From Candidatus Nitrosomirales archaeon (GTDB taxonomy: Archaea; Thermoproteota; Nitrososphaeria; Nitrososphaerales; UBA213), in NCBI GenBank assembly GCA_049199595.1, contig JBMCYV010000001.1:46778-110777 (forward strand): DNA of 64,000 bases, in the 5' to 3' direction. The notes beneath the pieces were generated by a model, which saw only the letters and a list, made by a program, of their open reading frames with translations, did no database searches and was not told the origin of the DNA. Numbering within the stretch: the first letter of the stretch is position 1; each line of letters begins with the position of its first letter. Positions 28,169-39,324 of the stretch are shown here, one piece after another. Made by a program: the position numbers and the translations under genes.

Positions 28169-30226
28169 ATGAGCTTTCTTGGTTTGGGTCTTGATTCTAC
28201 TCTATCAATAATTGCATCTATTGCATCACTTGCACTTGCAGGTGGCATGGCTGCCTGGGTTAGCAGACAGAGCAGCGGTACGGAACAGATGATGGAAATA
28301 AGCAGAGCAGTAAGAACTGGGGCATCTGCTTTTTTGCGGCGCGAATTTAAGATCATAATACCAATTGCTGTGGGGTTAGCGATAGCGATCTCGTTCGCTT
28401 CTTCACCATCCAACGGCGTTGCATTTGCCGTTGGCGCTGCGTTGTCTGGCCTAGCTGGACTGATAGCAATGAAGATTACCGTGAAGGCCGCGGTTAGAAC
28501 TGCACAGGCCACAACAAAAGATCTGGGTCATACGCTGACAACTGCGTTTAGAGGCGGAGCGACAGTTGGTCTCGCTATACCGGCTATGGCACTCATTGGC
28601 GTCACTGTCTTGTACCTTCTGTATCAGAACCCGATTACCATTGCTGGCGTTGGCATAGGTGCAAGTCTTATTGCACTGTTCATAAGAGCCGGGGGAGGCA
28701 TATTCACCAAGGCGGCAGATCTGGGAGCGGACCTTGTGGGCAAGATCGAGGCGGGTATGCCGGAAGACGATCCCAGAAACCCGGCTACTATAGCTGATAA
28801 CGTTGGAGACAATGTTGGAGACGCCGCTGGCATGGGCTCCGATATTTACGAATCCTACATCGTTACGATACTTGCTGCCATGCTCCTTGGTGCATTGATA
28901 ATTCCTGACGTTCTTACAACTACACAGTTGATAGTTTATCCAATAGTGATAGGTGCGTCAGGTTTGATAGCATCAATAATTGGCACCCTTACGGTAACGC
29001 CTAGAAAGATAACTGACCCCATGAAACCACTCAACTTGGCGTTCATTGTGAGTGCTGCGATTGCAATTGCTCTGAACTTTGCATTTACCCAGCTCATTTT
29101 GGGTGACAGCCCCTTGTCATATGCATTGTTTGCAACGACTGTCGTGGGCGTAATCCTAGTTCCGGTTATTCAACGCATAACCGATTACTATACAAGTTAC
29201 AAGTACAAACCCGTTCAAGAGATAGGCGAAGCTACAAAGTGGGGTCATGCTTCCAACACGCTTGCGGGGATAATTACAGGTCTGCGCTCAACGATGCCCT
29301 TCATGCTTGCGATCGTCGTTACGCTGGCAGTTTCCTACTCTGTTGCCTATACAATTTCAGGAGACCCGCTGATGGGTATATACGGAACTGCGCTTGCTGC
29401 GATGGCAATGCTAAGCTTAGCTGGGATAGTTCTCAGCATAGACTCCTTCGGGCCCATAAGCGACAACGCTGGAGGCATTGTGGAAATGACCAGCATGGGC
29501 GAGGAGAACAGAAAGATCACCGACGAGATAGATGCTGTCGGCAACACAACAAAAGCTGTTACCAAGGGATTTGCAATAGCAAGTGCGGGCCTTGCAGCGT
29601 TAGCAATGATACAAGCATTCCAGCACGAAGCTGCCAACATTTTTGTTACAAAGACATTAGAATACAGTTTATCAAATCCAAACGTTATAATCGGCCTACT
29701 TGTCGGAGGGCTCTTGCCATTCTTCATATCAAGCCAATTGATCTCCGGTGTTAACAGGGCTGCAATGCGCTTGGTTGATGAAATACGGAGACAGTTCAAG
29801 GAAGACCCCAATATACTCAAGGGAACTTCAAAGCCCGACTATGCAAGGTGTATAGATATAACAACAAGTGCAAGCATTAAGCAACTCTTCAAACCAGCAA
29901 TTATAACAGTTGCGAGTCCGATTGTGTTGGGCGTATTATTCGGCCCGACTGCAGTTGCTGGACTGTTGATGGGTGCTGTAATTAGCGGGATATTCTTGGC
30001 ATACCATATGGCCAATAGCGGCGGAGCGTGGGATAATGCAAAGAAGTATATCGAGATTCAGGGGAAGAAGAACACGCCGGAGCACGAAGTCGCAGTCGTA
30101 GGAGATCTTATCGGCGATCCGTACAAGGACACCGCGGGTCCTGCTCTTAATACTGTCATAAAACTGCTCAACACTGTAGCGATCGTATTCGTGGCAATAT
30201 TCTTCGGTTTTATAGTACTTGCCTAG
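28169..30226 (+). CDS. hppA: Membrane H+-translocating pyrophosphatase, likely K+-independent
   Basis: DLGADLVGKIE, DDPRNP, DNVGDNVGD and GNTTKA (Lys at the K+-dependence position). Confidence 0.95.
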   Translation: MSFLGLGLDSTLSIIASIASLALAGGMAAWVSRQSSGTEQMMEISRAVRTGASAFLRREFKIIIPIAVGLAIAISFASSPSNGVAFAVGAALSGLAGLIAMKITVKAAVRTAQATTKDLGHTLTTAFRGGATVGLAIPAMALIGVTVLYLLYQNPITIAGVGIGASLIALFIRAGGGIFTKAADLGADLVGKIEAGMPEDDPRNPATIADNVGDNVGDAAGMGSDIYESYIVTILAAMLLGALIIPDVLTTTQLIVYPIVIGASGLIASIIGTLTVTPRKITDPMKPLNLAFIVSAAIAIALNFAFTQLILGDSPLSYALFATTVVGVILVPVIQRITDYYTSYKYKPVQEIGEATKWGHASNTLAGIITGLRSTMPFMLAIVVTLAVSYSVAYTISGDPLMGIYGTALAAMAMLSLAGIVLSIDSFGPISDNAGGIVEMTSMGEENRKITDEIDAVGNTTKAVTKGFAIASAGLAALAMIQAFQHEAANIFVTKTLEYSLSNPNVIIGLLVGGLLPFFISSQLISGVNRAAMRLVDEIRRQFKEDPNILKGTSKPDYARCIDITTSASIKQLFKPAIITVASPIVLGVLFGPTAVAGLLMGAVISGIFLAYHMANSGGAWDNAKKYIEIQGKKNTPEHEVAVVGDLIGDPYKDTAGPALNTVIKLLNTVAIVFVAIFFGFIVLA

Positions 30227-30627
30227 GTTACTACGAACTCCAGAGTGTGTATCTTTCCATCATAAAGGAATGCCGCTAGTTCGTTGTTTGTTGTAGACAA
30301 AATTAGCCATGGTATAGGGTTTATCTCCATATACTTTACATCCGTACCGGAAGGCTTTGCAGGTGCTGGGTGCGAGTGAAATATTGCAACTATCTCAAGA
30401 CCCATGCTTTCCGCCTTGCTGTATGCGTCCAACAATTCTTTGGGTTCAATGCTGAAACTAACCTGTGATTTATCCGCATTATTGGCAATTATTATCTCGC
30501 TTACCATAACATCTTCATCGTTGATTTTTCCTACTAGAAGCGCACATGATTCCAACGGAAGAGAGTCGGCTGCAAGTTTCCTGAGCTCGCTTACATGTTT
30601 GGCGTTCAGAACCAGTCTTTGTGTCAT
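30223..30627 (-). CDS. JAMM/MPN+ (M67) metalloprotease
   Basis: E..HSHP..PSGTD motif. Confidence 0.9.
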   Translation of the reverse strand: MTQRLVLNAKHVSELRKLAADSLPLESCALLVGKINDEDVMVSEIIIANNADKSQVSFSIEPKELLDAYSKAESMGLEIVAIFHSHPAPAKPSGTDVKYMEINPIPWLILSTTNNELAAFLYDGKIHTLEFVVT

Positions 30628-30628
30628 G

Positions 30629-31831
30629 CTACTTGACTATTACTTTACCAGTCATATATGGGTGCACTTGGCAGAAATATGGGTGCACTTGGCAGAAATA
30701 TGGATACTCACCTGCAGTATCAAATGTATACTCAAAAGTTTCTCCAGTCTTCAAAAGCGGGAAGTTGGAATCAAACAAACTTCCAAAATCAGGATCTCCA
30801 GGGTTGCCACTTGTTACTGTATGTCCTGTTGTGTCCATGTTTGTCCATACGACCGTTGTATCTATATTAACAGATATTTCTTTGGGAGCGAAAAACTCCG
30901 GATTGTTTGCGTCTGCAGCACCAGCAACTATTTCGACTGTAACTCTATTAGGTGCAATGGATTTTTCTCCTGTGCCTTCTGCAGGAATTTCCGGCGTCGG
31001 AGTTTCTTCATTACCTTCTGCAGGTTGTTCCTTTGGAGTTTCACTGACAACAAACGTGCCCTTCATATGAGGATGGAACGAGCAGAAGTAATGATATTCA
31101 CCAGGTTCGAGCTTTGCGGTGTTAAGGGTGAATGTTGCGTTTGTTCCAACTGATCTGGAGTCAAAGAGAGAACCAAAATCAGTATCTTCAACTGTTCCGC
31201 TTGTTATCGTATGTGCAACTTCATCTATATTCGTCCACACAAGTACCGAGCCTTTCTCAACTGTAATTGAGGGAGGATCGAACGCAGGCGCACCCTCCGC
31301 AAAAGAACCCTTCAGTATTGTTACGTCAACTTTAATACCTAATTCTTGAGGTGCAGGTTCTTCCTCCAAAACACCAGCTTGTATAGGCTGCGGAGCAACG
31401 AAACCAAATGATACAAATGCTATTGCACCAACTACGGATGAACCTGCAAACAGTATAGCGATTGCCTTGAAATGTGCTGATTGTTTATGTGCAGCATATG
31501 CTATAACCATTGCTGGTATTGTTATGAGCAGGAGTACACCAGCAAACAAAGGCAAGGTACTAACTGTTGATATGCCTATCATGAACGCACCAAACGAGAC
31601 CAAGAATCCGATTATGATTACAACAGTAGCTTTTGCTGTATTGCTACTTGGAAGACCGTCCTTCAAAATACCGGCCGCGAAGATGATGAGGCCGATGAAC
31701 ATCATGAGCGCGGATATCGCGTGCATGCCTTCAACGAAAGTTCTAGCTATTCCTGCAAGCGATAGACCTACACCTGCAACGCCCAGAATTGTGAGGCCAA
31801 GGCCCGGCACCATGAGCTCCCAGTCAGTCAA
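30629..31831 (-). CDS. Membrane-bound blue-copper protein with two plastocyanin-like domains
   Basis: About five N-terminal TM helices, HTITSG..YFCSFHPHM and HTVTSG..YFCQVHPY..M. Confidence 0.9.
   Translation of the reverse strand: MTDWELMVPGLGLTILGVAGVGLSLAGIARTFVEGMHAISALMMFIGLIIFAAGILKDGLPSSNTAKATVVIIIGFLVSFGAFMIGISTVSTLPLFAGVLLLITIPAMVIAYAAHKQSAHFKAIAILFAGSSVVGAIAFVSFGFVAPQPIQAGVLEEEPAPQELGIKVDVTILKGSFAEGAPAFDPPSITVEKGSVLVWTNIDEVAHTITSGTVEDTDFGSLFDSRSVGTNATFTLNTAKLEPGEYHYFCSFHPHMKGTFVVSETPKEQPAEGNEETPTPEIPAEGTGEKSIAPNRVTVEIVAGAADANNPEFFAPKEISVNIDTTVVWTNMDTTGHTVTSGNPGDPDFGSLFDSNFPLLKTGETFEYTFDTAGEYPYFCQVHPYFCQVHPYMTGKVIVK
30656..30703 (+). repeat. Perfect 21-nt tandem duplication in the copper-ligand loop
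   Basis: ATATGGGTGCACTTGGCAGAA twice, plus ATATGG. Confidence 0.95.
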
Positions 31832-31908
31832 CTTGATGTAGCTAACTTTCTAACGCTTAAATAATCTTTTCTTGCAAGTGATCTACCCAACGATTAAATG
31901 CTAGGCAG

Positions 31909-32793
31909 ATGTATGGCTCCCGATCGGGCGTGGGAGTTAAGGAGTATCTGGAGATTTCAAAACTTAGAATTGTAGCCGTTCTTAACCTTGTTGCAATTAC
32001 ATCCTTGCTTGCAGCTAGCCATTGGAACGTTTCTGGTGAAAAAATTCTCTTCATACTTATCGCTGGGACTCTAGCATCAATGGGATCCAGTGCGCTTAAC
32101 CATTACTATGATCGCGATATTGACTCGCTGATGGCCAGAACCAGCAGGAGACCCATACCTTCTGGAAAGATAAAGGCCAAGAATGCTCTTGCTTATGGTC
32201 TAATTCTAAGCATAGCTTCTGTTGCCATCGCGTACTTCACACTCAACCCCATTGCAACTGCTTTCATAGCATTAGGTATAGTAATCTATGTGATAGTTTA
32301 CACGGCATGGCTGAAGCGGAGCAACGTCTCCAACATAGTAATAGGAGGATTTGCTGGCAGCTGTGCTTCATACGCTGGCTGGTCAGCTGCAACGGGCTCT
32401 CTGGATCTGCTCGGTTTTCTGGTTGGTCTGCTGGTATTCATATGGACTCCCAGTCACTTTTGGTGCTTGGCAATAAAGAGCAAGGAGGAGTATGCAAGTG
32501 CAAGAATTCCAATGTTGCCAGTACTGGTAGGGGAAAGTGTGGCTGCAAGATACATCCTTGCCAACACATTGATTCTGGTTCCTTATTCCATAATGCTCTA
32601 CTTCTTCGGCCTGGGTCTGCTATACCTGATAATTGCGTCGATGTCTGGCGCAATGATGCTAGCGTACAACTTTAAACTAATCCAAAACCCAAGCAAGGAT
32701 ATTGCGTGGAAGGCTTACAAAGTATCTAGTCCTTATTTGGCCATAATATATCTTGCACTGATGTTCGATTCTCTTTACTTTATGACTCTTTAG
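31909..32793 (+). CDS. ctaB: Protoheme IX farnesyltransferase (heme O synthase)
   Basis: NHYYDRDIDSLMARTSRRP and WTPSHFW motifs. Confidence 0.95.
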   Translation: MYGSRSGVGVKEYLEISKLRIVAVLNLVAITSLLAASHWNVSGEKILFILIAGTLASMGSSALNHYYDRDIDSLMARTSRRPIPSGKIKAKNALAYGLILSIASVAIAYFTLNPIATAFIALGIVIYVIVYTAWLKRSNVSNIVIGGFAGSCASYAGWSAATGSLDLLGFLVGLLVFIWTPSHFWCLAIKSKEEYASARIPMLPVLVGESVAARYILANTLILVPYSIMLYFFGLGLLYLIIASMSGAMMLAYNFKLIQNPSKDIAWKAYKVSSPYLAIIYLALMFDSLYFMTL

Positions 32794-33004
32794 TTACTTC
32801 GATTCTTCGCTTGTCTTTGGTTATCCATCCTACCCTTATCAGACCATAGATCTCAAGGTCTAGCAATGTTTTATTAAATTGAGGCTCGGTAACAGCAACG
32901 CCTTCCTTGGCAAGCAGGTTCATTAGTTCTCCATCAGTGATATTTCCCTGCTGCTTTATCCTTTCATAGATAAGGTTTCTTAATGGGTACTTCATTATGC
33001 TCAT
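32780..33004 (-). CDS. Small conserved winged-helix-like protein
   Basis: FNKTLLDLEIYGLIRV, overlapping the cdc48 stop. Confidence 0.7.
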   Translation of the reverse strand: MSIMKYPLRNLIYERIKQQGNITDGELMNLLAKEGVAVTEPQFNKTLLDLEIYGLIRVGWITKDKRRIEVTKES

Positions 33005-35178
33005 CCATAGAACGCTTTGTCTATTGGCTTTGGCATTGCATATGTAACATTTTTACTTATCGAATCATACCATGCCTCAACGTCTGGTGTTATGGATGGT
33101 TTGACCTGTCTCAATGCTTTCTCGAAATCTCCTGCGTTAATCTCCTTCCTGTTACTTCGCATAGTGTTTATTGCAGCCTCCCTGCACACTCCAACCAGAT
33201 CTGCACCGCTGTAACTCTTGGTAACCTTCGCAAGTTCCTCAAGATCAACATTCTTTGTAATGGGCATCTTTCTTGTTATGATCTTCAATATCTCTACCCT
33301 CGATGTTTCATCTGGAGGAGGAATGTAGGTTATCAGATCAAGCCTCCCCGGTCTCAATAATGAAGTGTCAACGAGGTCTGGTCTATTGGTTATACCAATA
33401 GATATCACACCGGTAGGACCAATATCTTCCATCTCTGTTAATAGTTGACTCAACACTCTTTCGCCAACGCCGGACTCTTCGCCAGCACCTGCCCTTGGTC
33501 TGGCTATAGAATCAAGTTCATCAAAGACAACTATACATGGCGATGATGCCTTTGCTTTCCTGAATATATCGCGTATGGCCTTTTCTGATTCTCCAACCCA
33601 CTTTGATAGCACTTCCGGACCCTTCACCATTATTATGTTGGCACCGCTTTCGGTAGCAAGAGCAAGTGCAAGCAAGGTCTTGCCGCAACCTGGAGGACCA
33701 TAAAGCAACGCTCCCTTTGGAGGTGTTATACCAAGTTCTTGAAAGTGTTCTGGCTCCTTTATTGCTGTTATAAGATTATCGTAGAGCGTTCTCTTGGCTT
33801 CATACAGACCTCCAACGTTCTCCCATTTCACTTTTGGTGTTTCAACATAAAACTCTCTTAACGCTGTTGGCACTATTTCCTTGAGTCCATTGTAATAATC
33901 CTTGTTTGTAATAACCATCTTTTCTAGAATTTCCGGAGATACCTTGTCACTCTCCAGGTCAATCTCAGGCAAATATCTCTTCAATGCTTTCATAGCTGCT
34001 TCCCTGCACAATGCTTTGACGTCCGCACCTGTATAGCCATGCAGTTCAGCAGCAAGTTTCTTTAAATTAATATCGTCAGATAATGGCATCCCTCTTGTAT
34101 GGATCTGCAGGATTTCAATTCTACCGTCAACGTTCGGCACGCCAACTTCCAACTCTCTATCAAACCTTCCAGGTCTTCTTAACGCAGGATCAATACTTTC
34201 TGGTCTGTTAGTTGCTCCTATAACTATTACATTGCCACGTTCAGACAGTCCGTCCATCAATGCCAGTAACTGTGCAACGACCCTTTTCTCAACGTCGCCA
34301 AAGGCTTCCTCACGCTTTGGTGCTATGGCGTCTATCTCATCGATGAATATTATTCCCGGAGAATTTTCTCTAGCTTCCTTGAATATTTCGCGCAATCTAG
34401 CTTCAGTCTCCCCATAATACTTGTTCATAATTTCTGGGCCGTTTATCGAGAAGAAGTTAGCTTCAGATTCGCTTGCAAGTGCTTTTGCGATAAGCGTCTT
34501 GCCGCAACCTGGAGGACCGTAAAGCATTATGCCTTTGTGTGGCTCTATGCCCAATCTTTGAAAAACTTCTGGGTGTCTTAACGGCAGTTCAACGATTTCT
34601 CGCAATTTTTCAATCTGCTCTTTCAATCCTCCGATCTCTTCGTAGGTTACTCTGGGCTTCTTGTCCACGGTAGTGTCAGCAAGTATGTTCAACTTGGTTG
34701 AAACCTCGATTCTTATTATTCCCTTGGGAACAACTCTTTGAACGCGAAAGTCCATAGAATTGCCAAGAACAACAACTGAAATTTCATCGCCTTCAATCAA
34801 AGGAATTGCCTTCAATCTATTCTTGACAAATTCGCAAAATTCTTTATCAACAGCAATCTTGCCTCCCATTGGCAAGAGCACAATGCTCCTTGCTGGCTTG
34901 GTATCGCCCTTGGTAACAGTGACAAGATCGTTCAACCCTACGCCAGCATTCTTCCTTGTCTGACCATCAATCCTGATCACATCTTTATCAATATCGTCTT
35001 CATCCGCAGGCCAAGCGGTAACAACGGTTCTTTGTTTTCCAACTAGTTCAATAACATCCCCGGGAGCGATTTCAAGCGAGTTCATGATTTCGTGGTTTAT
35101 CCTTGCTCTTCTCTTCCCAACGTCTCGCTGCTTTGACTCTGCAACGCGCAACTGCTGTGGGTCAGACTTGGATTTCAT
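33001..35178 (-). CDS. cdc48: Cdc48/VCP-like AAA+ ATPase
   Basis: N domain plus two [11 protein letters not shown] modules. Confidence 0.95.
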   Translation of the reverse strand: MKSKSDPQQLRVAESKQRDVGKRRARINHEIMNSLEIAPGDVIELVGKQRTVVTAWPADEDDIDKDVIRIDGQTRKNAGVGLNDLVTVTKGDTKPARSIVLLPMGGKIAVDKEFCEFVKNRLKAIPLIEGDEISVVVLGNSMDFRVQRVVPKGIIRIEVSTKLNILADTTVDKKPRVTYEEIGGLKEQIEKLREIVELPLRHPEVFQRLGIEPHKGIMLYGPPGCGKTLIAKALASESEANFFSINGPEIMNKYYGETEARLREIFKEARENSPGIIFIDEIDAIAPKREEAFGDVEKRVVAQLLALMDGLSERGNVIVIGATNRPESIDPALRRPGRFDRELEVGVPNVDGRIEILQIHTRGMPLSDDINLKKLAAELHGYTGADVKALCREAAMKALKRYLPEIDLESDKVSPEILEKMVITNKDYYNGLKEIVPTALREFYVETPKVKWENVGGLYEAKRTLYDNLITAIKEPEHFQELGITPPKGALLYGPPGCGKTLLALALATESGANIIMVKGPEVLSKWVGESEKAIRDIFRKAKASSPCIVVFDELDSIARPRAGAGEESGVGERVLSQLLTEMEDIGPTGVISIGITNRPDLVDTSLLRPGRLDLITYIPPPDETSRVEILKIITRKMPITKNVDLEELAKVTKSYSGADLVGVCREAAINTMRSNRKEINAGDFEKALRQVKPSITPDVEAWYDSISKNVTYAMPKPIDKAFYG

Positions 35179-35191
35179 GGTGTTGCTCCTA

Positions 35192-35470
35192 TCATAGATC
35201 TGCTGACTGTCTGCTGATGTTCATTACCTCGATCTCGCTTACACCTTCAGTTTTTTTTACAGACTCTTCAAGCATATCCATCTGACCCTCTTTATCCTCA
35301 AGCAAGAAATCTACCACCAAGGCATTTAATCCAAATGCAATCGGCTCCTTCACAGAATTTTTTACTGCCATGCCATTCGGTAGAGACGATTTTAACTTGT
35401 TTACAACGCCATCAAGGTTAACGTCTGTGTCCGTGGGCAGCAATTTTATTCTAGCAACAAGTCTTGCCAT
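35192..35470 (-). CDS. ef1b: Elongation factor 1-beta
   Basis: EPIAFGL motif. Confidence 0.9.
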   Translation of the reverse strand: MARLVARIKLLPTDTDVNLDGVVNKLKSSLPNGMAVKNSVKEPIAFGLNALVVDFLLEDKEGQMDMLEESVKKTEGVSEIEVMNISRQSADL

Positions 35471-35478
35471 CTGCTCAC

Positions 35479-35661
35479 CTATGGCCCCTCAAAGCCGCAC
35501 TTTGCGCACTTGTAACTTCTGGCAAACTCTCTGCAACTCTGACATCTCCATGTCAGAGATTTGCCACAACTAGGGCAGTAAAACTTGACACATTCATCGT
35601 TTGCCATTATTGTTCTGTTGCAACAAGCACATACGGGCAACTGTAAGGGTTTCTGTGACAT
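35479..35661 (-). CDS. HVO_2753/DUF1610 zinc-finger protein
   Basis: Four CxxC motifs ending CGFEGP, upstream of ef1b. Confidence 0.9.
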   Translation of the reverse strand: MSQKPLQLPVCACCNRTIMANDECVKFYCPSCGKSLTWRCQSCREFARSYKCAKCGFEGP

Positions 35662-35699
35662 TGTTTAGGTGTGGTTATTGAATATAATTTATACCTTGC

Positions 35700-36848
35700 T
35701 TATGCGAAGAGCTTGCGAATTTCGCTTCCCAAAACTGTTTTTGCGATCTTTATTGCTCCTTCTACAGTTAACAGCTTGGAAAGTGCCTGAGAATGAAAAT
35801 CAAAGTCTCCGCTCTCCGAAACCTGATCTATAGTTTCAGATGAAACCATTCTGAACATCTCGTCAATTGCTTTGTTGTCCAAGTGCTCAAAGACTCTTCT
35901 TGCGAGTAACATTCTGTCAAATTCGCTCTTGAAGATCCTGAACCATTCATTTTCATAATTTTTCAAAAGTTGCAAATCATCGTTTGCAAGCGCGTTTGCG
36001 ATTGACCTTCCCGCTAGTATACCCGCCATACCGCATGTATAGATTCCGCCAGCAGTTGTTGGCTTTGTCTGTCCAGCAGCATCACCTATGGTAACGATTC
36101 TTTTTGTCATAAAATGCTCAAGAGGTCCCAGAACCCATATGGGCGCAAATATCTTTCTTACAATTGCGTGCTTACCCTTGCTGTCAAGAAATGATTGCAG
36201 AGCGTTTGCTGCATTTATTCCCTTACCTGCAGCTCCTATCTTTCCAGTACCATTTCCAGTCGGTATTATCCAAGAAAAGAATCCAGGATATTGCTTCTGA
36301 TCAAAGTAAACTTCTACTACATCCTTAATTATCCAGTCTGCATAAACTTCGTATTGAGCAGAGATCAAGACACCGTCCCTGTTCTTCGTTATTATAGATG
36401 CAACTCCTCTTGCATCTATCATTATCTTGCACTCAACATTGCCATTTGTAGTTTCAACGCTGACATGATCATCATTTTCCTTGAACGATTTCACGGAACA
36501 CTTTACCCATATCTCAGCACCGTTTCTCATTGCCTGATATGCAATCTGCTTGTCAAATGCCCTCCTATCTATCGCTATAACACCCTGTTTCTCTGCGTTA
36601 AGAACAAAACTTGAACCTGAGGGCGAGAATATCTCTGCCTTCTTCACACTGTTTTGTAAAACATTGCTGGTAGGAATTATGCCTAGGTTCCTTATGCCGC
36701 TTATGCTAACCATGCCGCCACAGTGTTCAGGCGTGCCTATCTCCGTATCTTCCTCAACAACCAGAACAGATAATCCTTTAGCGGCTATCTCTCGAGCGGC
36801 TAAAAGTGCTGAGACGCTTCCTCCAGCAATAACAACATCGTAGTTCAT
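35700..36848 (-). CDS. Geranylgeranyl reductase-family FAD oxidoreductase
   Basis: PEHCGG and GDAAGQTKPTTAGGI motifs. Confidence 0.85.
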   Translation of the reverse strand: MNYDVVIAGGSVSALLAAREIAAKGLSVLVVEEDTEIGTPEHCGGMVSISGIRNLGIIPTSNVLQNSVKKAEIFSPSGSSFVLNAEKQGVIAIDRRAFDKQIAYQAMRNGAEIWVKCSVKSFKENDDHVSVETTNGNVECKIMIDARGVASIITKNRDGVLISAQYEVYADWIIKDVVEVYFDQKQYPGFFSWIIPTGNGTGKIGAAGKGINAANALQSFLDSKGKHAIVRKIFAPIWVLGPLEHFMTKRIVTIGDAAGQTKPTTAGGIYTCGMAGILAGRSIANALANDDLQLLKNYENEWFRIFKSEFDRMLLARRVFEHLDNKAIDEMFRMVSSETIDQVSESGDFDFHSQALSKLLTVEGAIKIAKTVLGSEIRKLFA

Positions 36849-36894
36849 TGAAGCAAATATGAAATATAGACGGTATTTAATGTATGTATGTCAT

Positions 36895-37248
36895 ATGGAA
36901 CTGAAGCAGGTAATTGTTGTAAGGCGAGATCTCAAGATGGGTGCAGGGAAGACTGCTGTGCAGGTAGCACATGCATCAGTTCTTGGTGTGGAGAAAGCAA
37001 AGTCAGAACATCGCAGATGGTTCGATGCATGGTTTGAAGAGGGTCAAGCAAAGATTGCCGTAAAGGTGAAGAGTCTTGAAGAACTGATGAAAGTTAAGAA
37101 TCATGCTGAGAAACTTGATCTACCAGTTGCACAGGTAGATGACAGAGGTCTTACGCAGTTACCTCCAGGCACAACTACGTGTATTGCTATCGGACCCGCT
37201 CCTTCTGATTTGATTGACAAGGTCACCAAAGATCTTAAATTACTTTAA
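36895..37248 (+). CDS. pth2: Peptidyl-tRNA hydrolase 2
   Basis: KQVIVVRRDLKMGAGK..QVAHA and DRGLTQL motifs. Confidence 0.95.
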   Translation: MELKQVIVVRRDLKMGAGKTAVQVAHASVLGVEKAKSEHRRWFDAWFEEGQAKIAVKVKSLEELMKVKNHAEKLDLPVAQVDDRGLTQLPPGTTTCIAIGPAPSDLIDKVTKDLKLL

Positions 37249-37260
37249 GGTTTTTTCTTA

Positions 37261-38754
37261 CTATTCAACAGTAACCGTCATATTCTTGGTTAGAGGCAGA
37301 CCCGGATCTTCAAGGCTCTTCCAAACAAAGATCTCAACAGTATAGTTTCCATCTTCTTCAGGAGTCCATGATATGCCAGCGTCCATAGATGCTAACGCAT
37401 TCATCGCACCTTTTATCCACGTGAGCATAACAGTATAGTCGTTGCTATCCTTTACCTGTAGGATATACATGAATGCCTGTTCTTCGTCTATGTTATTCGT
37501 TACTTTCGTTTCAACAAGTATCGGCTCTCCAGTAACTACACTATCAATCGAGCTGCCGGAAACATCTACCATAATTGGCTCGCTTATCGAATAAGGAGCC
37601 TGCTGAACTGCCATTTGTGGTTCCTCAACTTCAGGTGCTGGCGTTCCTTCCTTGACCTCTTCCTTCCCAACACTAACACTGGCATCGTGAGTTGACATTC
37701 CAGATGCTGTTGATTTATCAAAATAATCAAACCTGATCTGTGCATCTCTCTTGTTTGCGAACATGTCCGCACGATCTGTATTACGATCAAAGTTCTCAAA
37801 TACACCTGAATTTGGAAATCTTTCTACAAGTACAGTTTCTGGATTTCCGCTTATAGCATTTGTGAACTTTATACCATCAACTCCTTCTGCATCAAGAACC
37901 TGTTTACTATCAAATCCAAGACTGTTTAGAATTCCTGTAAGACTAGCCGGTGTTAGGGCGCTAGTTGCCTGATAGAAGACTTCTGGTTCGCCATTTGTAA
38001 ATGCAAAGTGTACCATGTCCTCCTCTACAGGATTTATGTTCCACATATAGTCTCGCAGATTTACTATTATCTCAGCACCAATTGGATACGAATCCCTGTC
38101 AAGCGAAATGGATACATCGTCAAGCGATGGCTCTATGTAGTCTAATGTAACTGATTGACTTGAATACCTGAAAGAAACCTGATCGTTCTCGTTAAAGCTG
38201 AAGAGTCTTATGTAGGGCCATTCCACACATACGTCCTGATCTGATATTGTTGCTGCACAGTCACCGTTAAGATCTAGGTTTGGGTTCAATGAATTGGTAG
38301 CAGGATCATTACGAAATGCTCCTGGAAGGCTTGGAAAGAGCAATGGTTTCCCAGTGGGACCAAGACTCCAAAAGCTGCCGCCTAGAGCAGAAACCTGTCC
38401 TCTAGGAAAATCTGCAGCGTCTGCAAGAGTGGTAAAAGTATCCTGATCAGCCACATACGCATACCATCTGCTGTCCGACAAATGAACCAATGGAACATTT
38501 ACTCCATTGACGATCAATGCTCCAGCACTTGTGTTCGGTTCCCCTATGCCAGAACCGTCAATTATTATCTGTATTATCTGCGGACCGAAAAACTTGCCAC
38601 CTGTATCTAATGCAGAAACAGACATGTAAGCTTGTTGTGCGTTAACAACTTGGAATTTATTTATGGATAAGGAGAGCGTTAACACTATGATGATAAATCC
38701 TGCCAAAAGCATGTGTTTCAAAACTTGCATCCATGATTCGATATGCTGAAACAT
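37261..38754 (-). CDS. Secreted S-layer-like protein
   Basis: Signal peptide, FFGPQIIQIII, LDRDSYPIGAEI and the shared C-terminal domain. Confidence 0.75.
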   Translation of the reverse strand: MFQHIESWMQVLKHMLLAGFIIIVLTLSLSINKFQVVNAQQAYMSVSALDTGGKFFGPQIIQIIIDGSGIGEPNTSAGALIVNGVNVPLVHLSDSRWYAYVADQDTFTTLADAADFPRGQVSALGGSFWSLGPTGKPLLFPSLPGAFRNDPATNSLNPNLDLNGDCAATISDQDVCVEWPYIRLFSFNENDQVSFRYSSQSVTLDYIEPSLDDVSISLDRDSYPIGAEIIVNLRDYMWNINPVEEDMVHFAFTNGEPEVFYQATSALTPASLTGILNSLGFDSKQVLDAEGVDGIKFTNAISGNPETVLVERFPNSGVFENFDRNTDRADMFANKRDAQIRFDYFDKSTASGMSTHDASVSVGKEEVKEGTPAPEVEEPQMAVQQAPYSISEPIMVDVSGSSIDSVVTGEPILVETKVTNNIDEEQAFMYILQVKDSNDYTVMLTWIKGAMNALASMDAGISWTPEEDGNYTVEIFVWKSLEDPGLPLTKNMTVTVE

Positions 38755-38988
38755 TATTTAAGGATAAGTAAACTTGTATGTAGACTCGTTGTTGAAGATG
38801 ATAGACAAGATACACTATTACGCAAAACGTTTTCGAAATCTGAGTAGATTAAAGATCTAGACCACTCATACATATTCACTATGGATAATAAGCGAAACGC
38901 ACGCGTGTAAAACCCACTAGAGGGGGGGGTCTATATAAAGGACAAATCAAGAAATCAAGAATTTCAGAACTACATCAGGGTTTTGTAA

Positions 38989-39252
38989 TCATGGAGGAGA
39001 TTGAGATTGTTTTCCTTCGTTTGCTCGTTCTTCCGCACTTTCATTTGCTTCGGAGTTTTCAGTTTCGTTCTGCCCTGCATTTGGATTAGTTATGGCATTT
39101 ACCGCTTCGTTGATTTTCTGAGATACAGTTTCCTCTCCTTGTTCTGTTCCCTCTATGGCAGATTGCCTTAGGTGCACAACAACTGCTAATGCAGAAATTA
39201 TAACAGCAACCGCAATACCTGAAATGATTGCTATCTTTGTTGATTTTTTCAA
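38989..39252 (-). CDS. Small membrane-anchored acidic protein
   Basis: N-terminal TM helix and an E/N-rich tail. Confidence 0.6.
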   Translation of the reverse strand: MKKSTKIAIISGIAVAVIISALAVVVHLRQSAIEGTEQGEETVSQKINEAVNAITNPNAGQNETENSEANESAEERANEGKQSQSPP

Positions 39253-39324
39253 TGATCATGATTATTCTAATGAGTATAAATGGATTTTTCCAAATGGCGT
39301 TGTTATGTTCTCGGTTGATTATTC

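Noticed and set aside
38905-38940. G8 run (and the GGGGG in the inverted repeat) as a replication-origin ORB G-string
   Set aside because: No TCCA-x-TGGAAA ORB core and no adjacent cdc6/orc1 gene.
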